Below, in pieces: positions 32,457 through 45,081 of a stretch of DNA of 64,000 bases. Under the pieces are notes generated by a model. The model ran no database searches. It was not told where the DNA came from and saw only the letters and a list, made by a program, of their open reading frames with translations. The position numbers and the translations under genes are program-made. Origin of the DNA: Octopus vulgaris (taxonomy: Eukaryota); NCBI GenBank assembly GCA_951406725.2, contig OX597820.1:107136001-107200000 (forward strand), read 5' to 3'. How positions within the stretch are numbered: the first letter of the stretch is position 1; each line of letters opens with the position of its first letter.

Positions 32457-33725
32457 CGAGGGGTGTATGAAAAGTTTTGAGCCTAACCTAGAAACGGGGT
32501 TGCTAGGTAGCTGAAACAATGTTTTCTGGAAAGTACAGTCTTTTCGGAGTATTCTTGCTTATTTTCATGATTCTGATATTTTAATTTTTTTGTCGCAGAT
32601 TTTTGAATAAACAAGTGTCAAGGTTACAAGGAAAATGGGGAAAACTGAGTAACGTACTATCATAAAGTACCTTCATTTGAAAGGCATGACTCCATCAGAA
32701 GTCCATGAAGATATGGTGAGAACCGTAACAGACAATGCTCCTTCATATGCAACAGTCAAACGATGGGTAAATGAATTCCAGCATGGCAGGGAGAGTGTGG
32801 AAGATGATCTCTGACCAGGGAGGCCTCCAACTGCAACCACCGAGGACAACCTTGACCTTGCTCTTGGTATGTTAATGCAAGATCACTGAATATAATGTCG
32901 TCAGATAGCCGAGAGACTGGGCATCTCAACTGAAAGAGCAGACAACATTTTGACAAAAGAACTTGGGTTCTCCTCGCCTTTTCACTCCTGAACAGAAACG
33001 CAGCAGGGGCACTTTGTCCATGAGCAATCTGGAACTGTTTGAAGCCGATGAAGAGAATTTTCTTGCTCGTTTCATTATTATGGACGAAAGTTGGGTTCAT
33101 CACTACCAGCCTGAAACCAAAGAACAATCAAAGCAGTTGAAGCACTCATCTTCTCCTACCCCCAAAGAAGGCCAGGGTCATTCCTTCAGCTGGCAAGGTC
33201 ATGATGTCCGTTTTTGGGATTCTCAAGTTGTCTTGCTGATCAATTAACTTGAAAGGGTCACACAGTGACGGGGCTGTATTATTGTCGGCTACTAAAATGC
33301 CTTCGAGAAGCAATCAAAGAAAAAACACCGGCAATGCTCACCAGAGGAGTCTTTTTTCATCACGACAATGCTCCAACCGACACCTCAGTGGTTGCCATGG
33401 CAACAATTCATGATTGTGGACACAAACTTGTTCCCCATCCACCTTATTCGCCAGACTTAGCCCCCTCTGACTTTCATCTATTCCCAAAAATGAAAAAAAG
33501 CCCTGGATGGACGCCATTCTGCCAGTGACAATGAGGTCATAGACACTGTAGGAAGTTTCTTAGAGTCTCAAACAAAAGAGTTCCTCTACGCCAGGATAAT
33601 GGCACTTCAACACTGCTGGAGAAAGTGTTCAGCCATCAAAGGGGATTATGTTGAAAAATAAATCATCAGAAGTCTTGTACTATGTTTTGTTTTTTTGAGG
33701 CTAAAGACTTTTCATACACCCCTCG
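32457..33725 (+). mobile_element. Mariner element, full length, defective transposase
   Basis: TIRs CGAGGGGTGTATGAAAAG / CTTTTCATACACCCCTCG; motifs IMDESWVHHYQPE, HHDNAP, HPPYSPDLAPSDFHLFPKMK; stops and frameshifts. Confidence 0.93.
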
Positions 33726-33741
33726 TACATACATGAATACA

Positions 33742-33789
<48 letters not shown>

Positions 33790-33800
<11 letters not shown>

Positions 33801-34122
33801 TCACCCTGACCACGGCTTTCAACCGATTCTGATGAAACTTGATACACACATAGCTCAATGTCATAATTCAAAACTAACGCAGCGAAAATTTTGAAAAGTT
33901 CCCCCAGTTCTGAAAAAAATCGATTAAATTCGACATGGGGTCGAGAATCAGAAACACAAACCACAGACTGTCTAGGGGACGCAACTCGACCTTTTAACTC
34001 TCAAATAAAAATTTACCATCATTTTTTCCCCATTTTTTTGCTATTTTTTGGCTATAACTCTCTAAAAATGCTTTATAGTTATTTCCCTTACAAACCCGAG
34101 CAACGCCGGGTGATACTGCTAG
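33790..34122 (+). mobile_element. Non-autonomous Helitron
   Basis: 3' hairpin CCCGAGCAACGCCGGG followed by CTAG|T; 5' end lost in (AT)n. Confidence 0.75.
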
Positions 34123-34984
34123 TATATATATATATGCATACTGCTTGCACGCACACGTGCACACACACACACATTCATAAACACATACATGCATACATAC
34201 ATACATACACACACATACACATACATACATACATACATACATACATACATACATACATACATACATACATACATACATACATACAATTAAATGTTAATCT
34301 TGAATTACTGGAGTTTTCAGATAAAGAAAGTTAGTGGCTCGCACACACTTTTCGAATACAATTAACAAGTGAAACGATAAAAATATGCAATACTTCTAAA
34401 ATCCGACTTGTAATTCTTCATCGTTATTGTTGTCTAAATCATAGAGATGGAATTTAAAGTTGTTCTTTTTAAAAACCAACTCATTTTTTTTATAGGAAAA
34501 CTCAGTTAATTAAAAAAATAAGACAACACACTAATAAGCATAAATATATATATATATATACATTTCATAATCGCGAACTCGACGCTCTAACCATTGAGCC
34601 ATGCGCCTCCAAAGGTTATAAAATGTGAGATTATTGAACTCCTAAACAGAATTACCTTAGGCAATACACAAGACTGTCACTCGGTTCCATAAAAAGTATT
34701 CGCATTTTCTACTTGTGTTGCATAAATTGCTTTGCATCTCATATTCGACAAAAATAATCAACCATGGTTGGTAATGTCGACATTCATACATATCTACACA
34801 TATGCAAATATCTTTCCATATAATTACTTGCCTTGTTCTGTTTATAATAACTATGTACAATTATCACATAACAGTATTAATTAAAACATTGTTTCTATCT
34901 TACGCATTGTAAATCTTTAAATATCATAGACATGTTTGCGAATATATTTTCAATGTAGTTAATTCATTATTTCGTCTGTCTTTA

Positions 34985-35132
34985 CGTTCTGAGTTCAAAT
35001 TCCGCCGAAGTCGACCTTGCCTTTCATCCTTTCGGAGTCGATAAATTAAGTACCAGTTGCGTCCTGGGGTCGATGTAATCGACTGGCCCCCTTCCCCAAA
35101 ATTTCGGTCCTTGCGCTTAGAGTAGAAAAGAA
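34985..35132 (+). mobile_element. SINE with a Nin/Deu-like central domain
   Basis: B-box-like GAGTTCAAATTCC followed by GCCTTTCATCCTTTCGGAGTCGATAAATTAAGTACCAG. Confidence 0.6.
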
Positions 35133-36464
35133 TATAATTAATTCATTGTACATAGGTAAAATATGTACAATGGAATGCAAGACATTAATTGTTGAGCCGT
35201 TCATGTTTTAGAACGCAATCTAACTACCATGGCCAAACTAATAATACTACTAGAGAATACATGAATTGATGTACCTGAATATAATCTTCTGAGAAGCAAC
35301 CTACTCTAAGTAAGTTAACTGAAAGTTAAAATATGGCCTTGCCATAGCTAGAAAGACTAACATCTTGCAAACATATGTCGTATGGTACGTTACAGCTTAT
35401 TTAAAACTGATTTCAAATAAAATCGGAAATAAACAACATCTACTAGTTAAGAAAATGGCAGGAACCTTTCAAGAAATCCTCATTCCATCTGAAAAATAAC
35501 CGCAAACATCTAAAAGTTATTTCAACAAATACATATAATAGTATTCACATGAATGATTATTCAGTTGGTAAAAGACTCACGTCACATGAAGAATAGTACT
35601 AGCATATCTCAATTAAACATTCCTGTAAATGTGAACTCCACAAGTAAAATGATTCTATTCGATATGTTGTTATAGCTTATTCAGCCATGGTTTGTATTTT
35701 TTAATAAAAATATCTTCTTTATTTGTGCGCATATTATCTGGGGTTTTTTTCTAGAACAAACGTAAAGTGGGAAAACTGAATTTTGAGTGATTTGTTTGTT
35801 GCACATAGATCTAAATGTTCACTTAGTGGAATCTGTTTGGTATTATGACATATTTGCTGCCTATGAATATCAAATCTGCTTCTCAAAGTAAGTTAAGTTT
35901 GAAACCATTACATTTAATAACATTAGTCAAATTTTTGACAAACAGATGAAATGATTTTTTACTATGAAAATATCTCCTGGCTTAACTTTACACGATGTAT
36001 CTTCATTCAGGTTAATGCAGTTTTCCCTTTTTTCATTTTCTAGCTGAAGCATGAATGTTTTGATAGATACCGTTGTATATTTTTGTATTTCTTGGATTTT
36101 ATGTTGTGATGTAAGGTAGGATATATAGTGTATTTCAATTTTTTTACCTTCTTAATTTGGAAGTTCTATCTAGTTATCAGTTAACACTGTTGAGTATTAA
36201 TGTCACTGAAAAAGTAATAGTTTGAATTTTGACCGAACTCTACTGTGAAGTGCATATTGTTGTTTATATTATTAATTAGTGTTCTGAGTTTATTAAGTTA
36301 GTCAAAATCATGGGCCTATAGAGTGAGGTGGTCATCTTTGTAACAGTTCCAATTTATTTAAATATATTTACGGGAGCTGATGCCGCACTTTTGTCTAGAT
36401 TGCTTATATGCTTGGACTTCTAGGTATTCCTTGACCAAATTGACCCTGAACACAGACGCGCATA

Positions 36465-36513
<49 letters not shown>

Positions 36514-36547
36514 ATCTATCTATCTATCTTTGTCTTTCTCTCTGAAC

Positions 36548-36579
<32 letters not shown>

Positions 36580-36789
36580 ATAATTAGGACTAAAACACCA
36601 CTGGAAGGACAGCCATATGCTAGAAGAAGATCAGATACGATCTAACTACAAAGAAAGAATGTTCTCCAGAGAAAATTCAGCGAACACCAGAACATAGGCG
36701 GGCAAGACAGATGAAAATTATATAAAAATCAAGAATTAATCGTATACTGGTTTCGCCTATTGTTTCCGGAATTTAACGCGCCAGAACTC

Positions 36790-37339
36790 AGACATTTAAA
36801 ATTAACCCCAATGAGCATTAAAGCTCATTTCCCACATGCCCACTTGGATTTCATTCCAGAAAGTCTGGGAGATGTGAACGAGGAGCAGGAGATAAGGTTT
36901 CTTCAAGACATAAAAAGGAAATGGAAAGAAGATATCAAGGAAGATAGAATGTCAATATGATGACCGATTAGATCGTGGATTAAATACTCAGGAGTGAAAG
37001 AATTCCAGGCGTAGTTTCCAAGTGAAAAAGAAGATTTGAGGTGTTGAATCCAAAATACAGATGGAAGTCTTGTAAAAATCTATTTTCTCACCTTTCAGTT
37101 GCATTTGTGCCATTCTATTTTACTAAATAAAGTGCCAAATTCATTTTATATTAATTACATTTTGTTCTACCATATGTGGATTTACCTATAGAATTCGGTA
37201 TATTTTATCGCTAAATTGTGAGGAAACCTTAGGTGATGGGAAAGAGCTTTTTTGATATTTCGCATCAGCACCACAAAAATATATAAAGTAACACATAATT
37301 ACCGAAAACAATTTTCAAAAAGTTTCATTCCGCATACGT
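36790..37339 (+). mobile_element. Chapaev3/CMC-like DNA transposon 3' remnant
   Basis: MSIKAHFPHAHLDFIPESLGDVNEEQEIRFLQDI then (frameshift) MERRYQGR resembles the SLKIHFLHSHLDFFP...GERFHQDI...YQG block; ends in GTG. Confidence 0.55.
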
Positions 37340-37641
37340 GTGTATTTGTAATCACATCACTTAGAGCTTTTCACAAATGTAATAGAAGAATTTCCCCTTT
37401 CAGTTCTCCTCATTCTTTAAAATCTTAAACATTTTACGATATCAAAACCGTTTCCACTTCCTTATTTTGTTTTTCTTTTCCATTTCCTTCAGTATGTTTC
37501 TGTTATTCCCTTGACAAAACAAGGGAAATCGCACTAAACCACACAACTTAAGTCCATCAACATGTTCATTTGGCGCTCTCTATTTATTCTGATAACCTTT
37601 TTCTTTATTTTGTTGCATCTCACTTCCTTTCTACTTATCTT

Positions 37642-37702
<61 letters not shown>

Positions 37703-37918
37703 TTTTCAGTCATAGACATACATATGCACACACATAAATGTATGTGTGTGTGTATGTGTGTGTACAGTGCGAACTCTAGAATCATTAATAGTCTTTTCTA
37801 CGACACAGTTATCAGACATACCACTATAGTAGTTTTGTTCTTATGATCTTTTCTTTCTTTCTTTCTTTCTTCACAGATACACACATGTATGTATGTGTGT
37901 GCATGTGCGTATGTGTAT

Positions 37919-37986
<68 letters not shown>

Positions 37987-38049
37987 CGGAATAATGGAAA
38001 ATGGAGACGACCTCTCAAGATGTTATTTAAATCATTGATATCAACATAT

Positions 38050-38133
38050 CACCGACATATGTTTCGATAGATGCATTAAAATAAATCCGAGAGAAAGAAT
38101 AATATAGAAAAATGGATCAATCTTATCAGGGAG
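38050..38133 (-). ncRNA. Hammerhead ribozyme variant, long helix II
   Basis: Minus strand CC-CTGATAA-GATTGAT...ATCTATC-GAAA-CATATG-TC-GG; core has G8>A. Confidence 0.65.
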
Positions 38134-38221
38134 GATATAAACAACAGTGTTCATCAATAAGTCATTTTTACAGATGCAAGAAACTACAATATGTGATATA
38201 TATATATATATATATATATAT

Positions 38222-38633
38222 ACTCTTTTTTTACTCTTTTTACTTGTTTCAGTCATTTGACTGCGGCCATGCTGGAGCACCGCCTTTAGTCGAGCAAATC
38301 GACCCCGGGACTTATTCTTTGTATGCCCAGTACTTATTCTATCGGTCTCTTTTGCCGAACCGCTAAGTGACGGGGACGTAAACACACCAGCATCGGTTGT
38401 CAAGCAATGCTAGGGGAACAAACACAGACACACAAACATATTCACACACACTTATATATATATACATATATACGACAGGCTTCTTTCAGTTTCCGTCTAC
38501 CAAATCCACTCACAAAGCATTGGTCGGCCCGGGGCTATAGCAGAAGACACTTGCCCAAGATGCCACGCAGTGGGACTGAACCCGGAACCATGTGGTTGGT
38601 TAGCAAGCTACTTACCAAACAGCCACTCCTGCG

Positions 38634-38636
<3 letters not shown>
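38222..38636 (-). mobile_element. Full-length tRNA-derived SINE
   Basis: Minus-strand head GGCGCAGGAGTGGCTGTTTGGTAAG...GGTTCAGTCCCACTG, internal microsatellite, tail ATGACTGAAACAAGTAAAAGAGTA. Confidence 0.8.
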
Positions 38637-38701
<65 letters not shown>

Positions 38702-38901
38702 CACATATACCCACACACATACACAGACTTGCGCGCACGCACATACACACACATACCTCCTCCTCTCACTCTCTCCTGTCTCAGAAAGAACTTTTTCTTC
38801 ACCCATTCCCTTCCGGTCATTTCAAAATGTAACCACATGTGGATCGTTGGTGATTTTTTCCCTCCGTCGTCCTTTTCTCTTGGACTTTCCTCCGTCTCCT
38901 G

Positions 38902-38933
38902 TTTCTGACGAAGAGCTTTGTCGAAACGTAAAA
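38902..38933 (+). ncRNA. Very short minimal hammerhead motif
   Basis: TTT-CTGACGA-AGAGCTTTGTC-GAAA-CG-TA-AAA. Confidence 0.6.
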
Positions 38934-39092
38934 TTAGCTTTCTTTCCTTCCCTGAGCGTCTGCTAATACTTTGCATGTACCACGTTCTCGCGTTTTGTTT
39001 TTGTTGTGTTTATTCTTCGTTTTTTAGTGGGGATTAACTATATATATATATATATATAATCAAAATAAGCAACAAGAATGACTCCGGTAATT

Positions 39093-39176
39093 TGGTACGA
39101 TCGTTTCGCACTACATCATTTTATTAAATGTTGTAAGTATTACAACAATTTTAAAAAGTCGAGCACTCATCAGCCA
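39093..39176 (-). ncRNA. Hammerhead ribozyme, long helix II
   Basis: Minus strand TGG-CTGATGA-GTGCT...AGTGC-GAAA-CGATCG-TA-CCA: intact core, palindromic helix III. Confidence 0.85.
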
Positions 39177-39695
39177 TTTATAGAGGTTTTCCATTAATAC
39201 AAAATTTACATATCAAGTGGTAACATTATAGAGAAGGTAGATATATAGACAAAGATGTGGATTTAAATTTTAAGAACATTTGAGGTAGTGGAGCCCATCA
39301 ACTGACTGACTAAAATCCAGTTTTTAGGAACTAAAAACTAATAATATAGAATTCATCCTAAAATGGGATATAGTAAGAAGAGCGCGACCTTATAAAAATA
39401 GTAGGGATGGTTGTCAACTTTGTTCTATGGAAACTTATGAAATTTTGAAACATCAGAGTAATACAAATCTGTTGAATAACCGTTTGGAGCTGGGAGTATC
39501 TTGTATACATCGTACAATCCGAACGTTTAAATACTTTAAATAATAATATTATGAATATTCCTAAATTTTTCAAATTTTAATTCTTTATAACCAAATAAGA
39601 ACGAATATACCATACTGGATTTCAATTTAACATTCATAGATGACTAAATAACTTCACTGCAAACTTAAAATTGAATTCTTCTTTTTTCTAATATT

Positions 39696-40232
39696 AGTTA
39701 GTTAGTTAGTTAGTTTGGCTCAAAAGCAAGTAGCAAGGCCATGTAGGGGGACATGGAGTTAAGTACAGGGTGGTGTTCATGTAAAGAGTTCAGGCCACTT
39801 GAGGTCAAGGGAGGCTTTGAACAAAGCGGTCGTCGGCATCTTCACCATCTCGTCTGGCAGCTTGTTCCACGGATCCGCAACCCGGACGGAGAAAGCTCCT
39901 CTCCTTCGATTGAGATGAAATCGTCGCAGGTAGAGCTTTTCGGAATGACCCCGCAGCCGACGCTCTGGAGCAGGAGTGAAGAACAGCTCTTTCGAGAGGT
40001 TACACTTTCCGCTTATGATGTTGTGGGCGATAATGAGATCACCACGGCGGCGGCGTTTTTCAAGAGAATAAAGGTCGAGCGTCCTCAGCCTTTCTTCATA
40101 GGACAAATTTTTGAGACCATGAACCATGCGGGTAGCCAGCTTCTGGACTCTTTCGAGATGCTGTATGTCTTTGGGGAGATAAGGAGAAGAGGCTTGAATC
40201 CCGTACTCCAATATGGGTCTCACCAGCGTGAA
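39696..40232 (-). mobile_element. CR1 LINE 3' fragment
   Basis: RPILEYGIQASSPY...LERVQKLATRMV...YEERLRTLDLYSLEKRRRRGDLI; (CTAA)n tail. Confidence 0.9.
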
Positions 40233-41197
40233 ATTGTATGAATATAAATAGTTTGAATCCTAAATAGTATGAATCCTAAATAGTATGAATACTAAATAGT
40301 ATGAATCGTATGTCCCTAAGGAAACTATTCAGTTCACCCTGATTATCTCACTTCCATTTCTTAATATATAATTAGCCTAAGATAACTTTACCAAATATAT
40401 TTAACCAAATAGGAACGAATATACCATATTGGTTTTAATTTAACACTCATAGATGACTAAAAAACTTCATTGCGAACTTAGAATTAAATTCTTTTTTATA
40501 ATATTCTCCAATACTAAATAGTATAAATCTTATGTCCCTAGGGAAACTATCTGGTTCACCTTGATTATCTCACTTCCATTTCTTAATATATAATTAACCT
40601 AAGATATTTTTTACCTAACTAATTAACCGTATCCGCAGGTAGTAAATATTATTTCCAACAAATCCTATATTTTAATTCATTAATATCAACTCACTATCTA
40701 TGAAATCTGAATAATTTACTCTTCTAAATTACCTCTCTTCATATTATTAAATCACCTTCTACTAAACCTACGAATATCTTTCTTCTTTGATTTCTCCTCT
40801 TCCATCTTTCCTAGTATATATTTTGACCCCTAATATATTCATTTGATTAATAAGGCTTTTTTTCCTCAGTTAATAAGCACTATGCCTACTCATAATAAGT
40901 GATAGTCTTTTCTCTAAATTGAATAAATTTTAGATCTATATTTTTTCCTTTATTCTAACGTGTCAAAGTACTCGGAACCTATAGGCTGATTGTTGTGATG
41001 ATGTGCATAGGTTTTATAAGGTCTCTGCATTCTCTGTGAATGTTATTGTAACCACTTGACATTGACCTCGTTCTCCTAACGCCAAATCTGTTCATCAAAT
41101 AGTAGTATTTGGCATTGTAGTTGTGACAATCCTGTTCTCTACATAAATTCCTTTATATGGAACTCTGACATCCCCTGATAATGCCATCCCCCTAGAG

Positions 41198-41570
41198 TAT
41201 TCAAAAATTTAGTTAAAAATATTAGTAAGAGGATTTCTAGCCTCTCCTCTGATAAGGACATCTTCAATAGCGTTGCCCCAGTTTATAATAAGGCTTTAAA
41301 AGATAGTGGTTTTAGCGAAAAAATAAAATATATACCCGTTACTAGCCCAACAGTAAGGAAAAGGAATAATAGAAATAGGAAGGTCATCTGCTTTACACCC
41401 CCTTACTCATCCGAGGTGGCCTTCAATATAGGTAAATATTTCCTAGCACTGATAGATAGACATTTTCCAGTTAACCATGCTTATAGGAAACTCTTCAATA
41501 GACACAATTTAAAAATTAGTTTTAGTTCCACTACCAATTTTAAAAACATAATCAAACATAACATACAAAA
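41198..41570 (+). mobile_element. Penelope-like element fragment (RT thumb/linker)
   Basis: NISKRISSLSSDKDIFN...YNKALKDSGF...FTPPYS...IGKYFLALIDRHFP...KLFNRHNLKISFS. Confidence 0.75.
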
Positions 41571-42980
41571 AACACAACATGCTGTTTCATGCTATTTTCT
41601 TTCTTGCTTTTTTTCATTATTTAAATCCCTGAAGGGAGTTTTGTCTCCTAATTGCGTAGATAATCGCAATACATTGAAGTTTTCTCCTCACTATATTACA
41701 TATATGAGGCTCTGGTATATAATATGTCGCACGTTCAATTGCTCTGAAAAATTATGCCGGCTATGTGGTGTGCAGGGGTAGTAAAAAATTAATAGTAATA
41801 TATCGACCCAATTAAATAATTGATTGCTATCATATCAATTAATTGCAACTAAGTGCAGTTAATTGCAACATTGTCAGCGAAAGGTTTTGAAATGGGTCAT
41901 GCTTCATTCGATGTTCAATTATTATTTGAAGCATTGTGTTGACGCTTTGTTCTGACTGCTGAGAATGATTCACACATTCTGTCGTGCTTAGGAATTGACT
42001 ATTGTGTATGTTGTCAAGTGTTGATGCTTGATTCGGACTGTTCAGATGAATACATATTATACCATGCTTGGAAATTGCCAAATAACCGCTGTCGAGTGTT
42101 GGTGCTTGGTTAGGACTGCCGAGAATTATTCATACATTCAGTCGTGTTTGGAATTGGCTATTTTATATGTTGTCAAATAATCACTGTTGAGTGATTCTTG
42201 GTTCTGAGAATGATTCACACAATCTTCGCCTGCAACGCGGTTGTATTTTGAATTCCGCTCCAACATCTTAACTGAATCAGACTTTCATCAGTGGAGTGAC
42301 GAAATATCTTCTGTTTTAAACTGTGGCGAAATACCATTTATTTTAAAATAACCCATGCCGTGTGAAAACGAGCAAATCGTCAGAAAATATTTTAACCATA
42401 CAGACAGTGAACATGTATAGAAATGAAAGTGTGGAAAAAAGTAGATCCAGAGAAAAAGAATTGGATGGACTAATTTTATGAATCATATAAAAAAAGCAGC
42501 ATCCAGAGTGTTCTACTACACAAGTAACTGGACAACCATCTTTATCGAGTTTTCTTTCACTAAGAAGTAGTTTGGTCAGTCGCTCGGCCTTAAATGTTTA
42601 TGGTTGGATTGAGTGGGCATGTGTTGGTTTAAAGCCGTTTTCCTTTACTGAAGACCCACTGACTTGAAGGTACACAAACTTGGGAAGTATGACAAATGTG
42701 ACCTTAAAGAAATACATGGAAAAACTTACTCAGGAAGTGGAAACGAAAATATCTGATGAACTTCCCAGTAAATTTTCGTTGGACTGCGTCGAGACTTTTT
42801 TCATCGTATTTATGCAATTATCAAAATGACTATAGTACTGTTTGCTGGCATTTTCGCCTTATGGTAAAATCATTCACTGCTCTTGATTATGTCGAATTTA
42901 TAGAGTATGTGTTATGTATCTATAACAAAAAAATTAGAAAATGTAGCTATCACCGGAGATAATACTGAAGTGAACAAATC

Positions 42981-44056
42981 TGTAGAACGACCGTACGAAA
43001 GGAGATGGTGACGAATGAATGACTCCTTTAAACACCGCATGGTCGCCTTACAATAAAAGCCAAAATATGGATAAATGAATACAAGTGCCAAAAGGAATAA
43101 GGAGAAGACGACACAACCGTTAATGTTAAGAGAAAGGTTTTATTCAGGTGTTGACATGTGGGTAGCAGACTGTGTCTGTGAGTGTGACATAAGTGCGTGT
43201 CTGTGTGTTCGTGTCATAAGTACTTATAAGAGAACAATAATAGACAGGCCGTCAAATATACATAATGTGTAAATGTGTACAAACAAGATGTATGCGTATG
43301 AGATAAAATACAGAGCACAGAAATGAGTCTATCAGGACGCTAGAAGAAGATCAGACACAAGGTGGAGATAAATACCAGTTCGTATTAAGTAACACAATAG
43401 TTAATTCTGTAACAGAAGTTGAGGCTACAATTGCAGAGCCGGTTGAACACATGTCGTGTAGCGGTTGTGGCTGCTATGCTGTGCCGGGTTACTTGGTACA
43501 GAAGGTTCTCGCAGGTTGAGCTAGCTGTTAACCTTGATGAAGTATTCACAAACAGCGTGAAGTTAAACCCGGGCGATGTTGCTGTGTACGTATTGATGTT
43601 GGTGGCGTCGATAAGATAAAGGCGACGGTGGTGGAGGCTACGTTAAGAAGAAGGCGACGATTGTGAAAAGTCCTGAAATGCTGCTAGTGTTGGTGTCGCG
43701 GTCGCTGGAACTGGTTGACTCGCTGGAACATGGCTGAGTGCTCTGTGGTCAGAGGTTAGTCCTTAGAAGGACAAGAAACAAAGACAGCTCGATTCGATGA
43801 AGCACTGGGTTTTATAAGAAACTAGAGGCTCAAACGAGCTTTAGAAACACAGCGTCACGGGACCTTATCAGAAGGTTACGATTGGTTGGTTTGCACATTG
43901 GCGCGAAATAAAGCAAGAGTTAAACTGCACCAAAACAAACCAATCAGAGTAGTGGACACAACTGGGCCTAAGGGGCCGAAAGCTATCTGTTATCTGCTAC
44001 GTCCGTATTTGTATTATATATATCAGATAGAGAGGATTTCACTAAGGTACGCTACA
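42981..44056 (-). mobile_element. Solo LTR (Gypsy-type 4-bp TSD)
   Basis: TGTAG...CTACA termini, TSD AATC at 42977-42980 and 44057-44060; removal restores the hAT frame GDNTEVNKS-ITNLCRIPLIGC; TATAAAA and AATAAA on the minus strand. Confidence 0.85.
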
Positions 44057-45081
44057 AATCTATAACGAATTTGTGTAGAATACCATTGATTGGATGTACC
44101 TGTCTATCTAACTGTTTCTGCTTATCTCGACAAGCAGGAACTTGTGCTTGATAAAATTAATATGTTGATGGGTAAGCTAAAATCATCAAAATTTGCGGGT
44201 AAACTTCGGGGGAATATCGCTTTTGTATCCTATACAAAGAAATAAAACCTGTTGGTCCAGTACTTATGAAAGGATTGAGAGGTACATCCAACTCAAACCG
44301 TTTTTAGACTCTTTTCAAGGCGATCCAAAGTTGGTTAATTATCTGTTGACTCCATGCGATTGTAATGATCTGCAGACTCTAAAAGACAATTAAGGAAAGT
44401 TATGCTCAGCAACAGTCGCCTTGCAAAGAACAGAAATAGATTTAGGAGATGCTCGAATTCTTTTTGACGAAATCCTCGCATTGTATCCTTACAAAGGGTT
44501 TTTTAAATATTTGCTTCCATCGGCAGGCATTGTGCACAGCCAAAATTTTGATAGTGGAGTTGTGAAAACTTTATAACTTGCTGAAGCAGATCTAACTACA
44601 AATGAAGTAGCTGCTCTACATTAGCTGAAAGTGGTGACAGACACGTTACAACAGTCTGATTTACTTGTAGAAGATGATGATTTTGCTTCAGTTTGTTTGA
44701 AAAAACTCAAAACAGTTAAAACTCCTCCTCAGCAATATCTGAACTGTAGATTTTTGATACCAAGGTCCAATATCTTGGAACGTTTCTTCAGCTCAGCAGG
44801 TTTCGGCAATACTTATCACCAATGAATTTAGAAATACAATTATTTCTAAAAGTCAATCGCGCTTTCTGGGATAAAGAACTAGTTTCAGAAATCTGCAATC
44901 GTTCATGATCTTTTGCTAAATTAGAACATTTTGTGCTACTCGTTTGAGAAACTCTTTCAGTTAAAGACTTTCAGTTTATTTGTTTTTCAACTACTGTACA
45001 ATGTAGAGTAAACATGTTTGTTCCCTATTCTAAATCAATAAAACTGAACTTTGAACGTTTTCTGATAAAGTCTTTTGAAAC

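Noticed and set aside
33828-33845. CTGATGAAAC as a hammerhead
   Set aside because: The core boxes overlap, there is no helix II, and it lies inside a Helitron; similar chance hits in coding or TIR sequence (8722, 42753, 59815) were also dismissed
38560-38636. tRNA gene in a SINE head
   Set aside because: A/B-box-like motifs only; no closed cloverleaf and continuous with the SINE body
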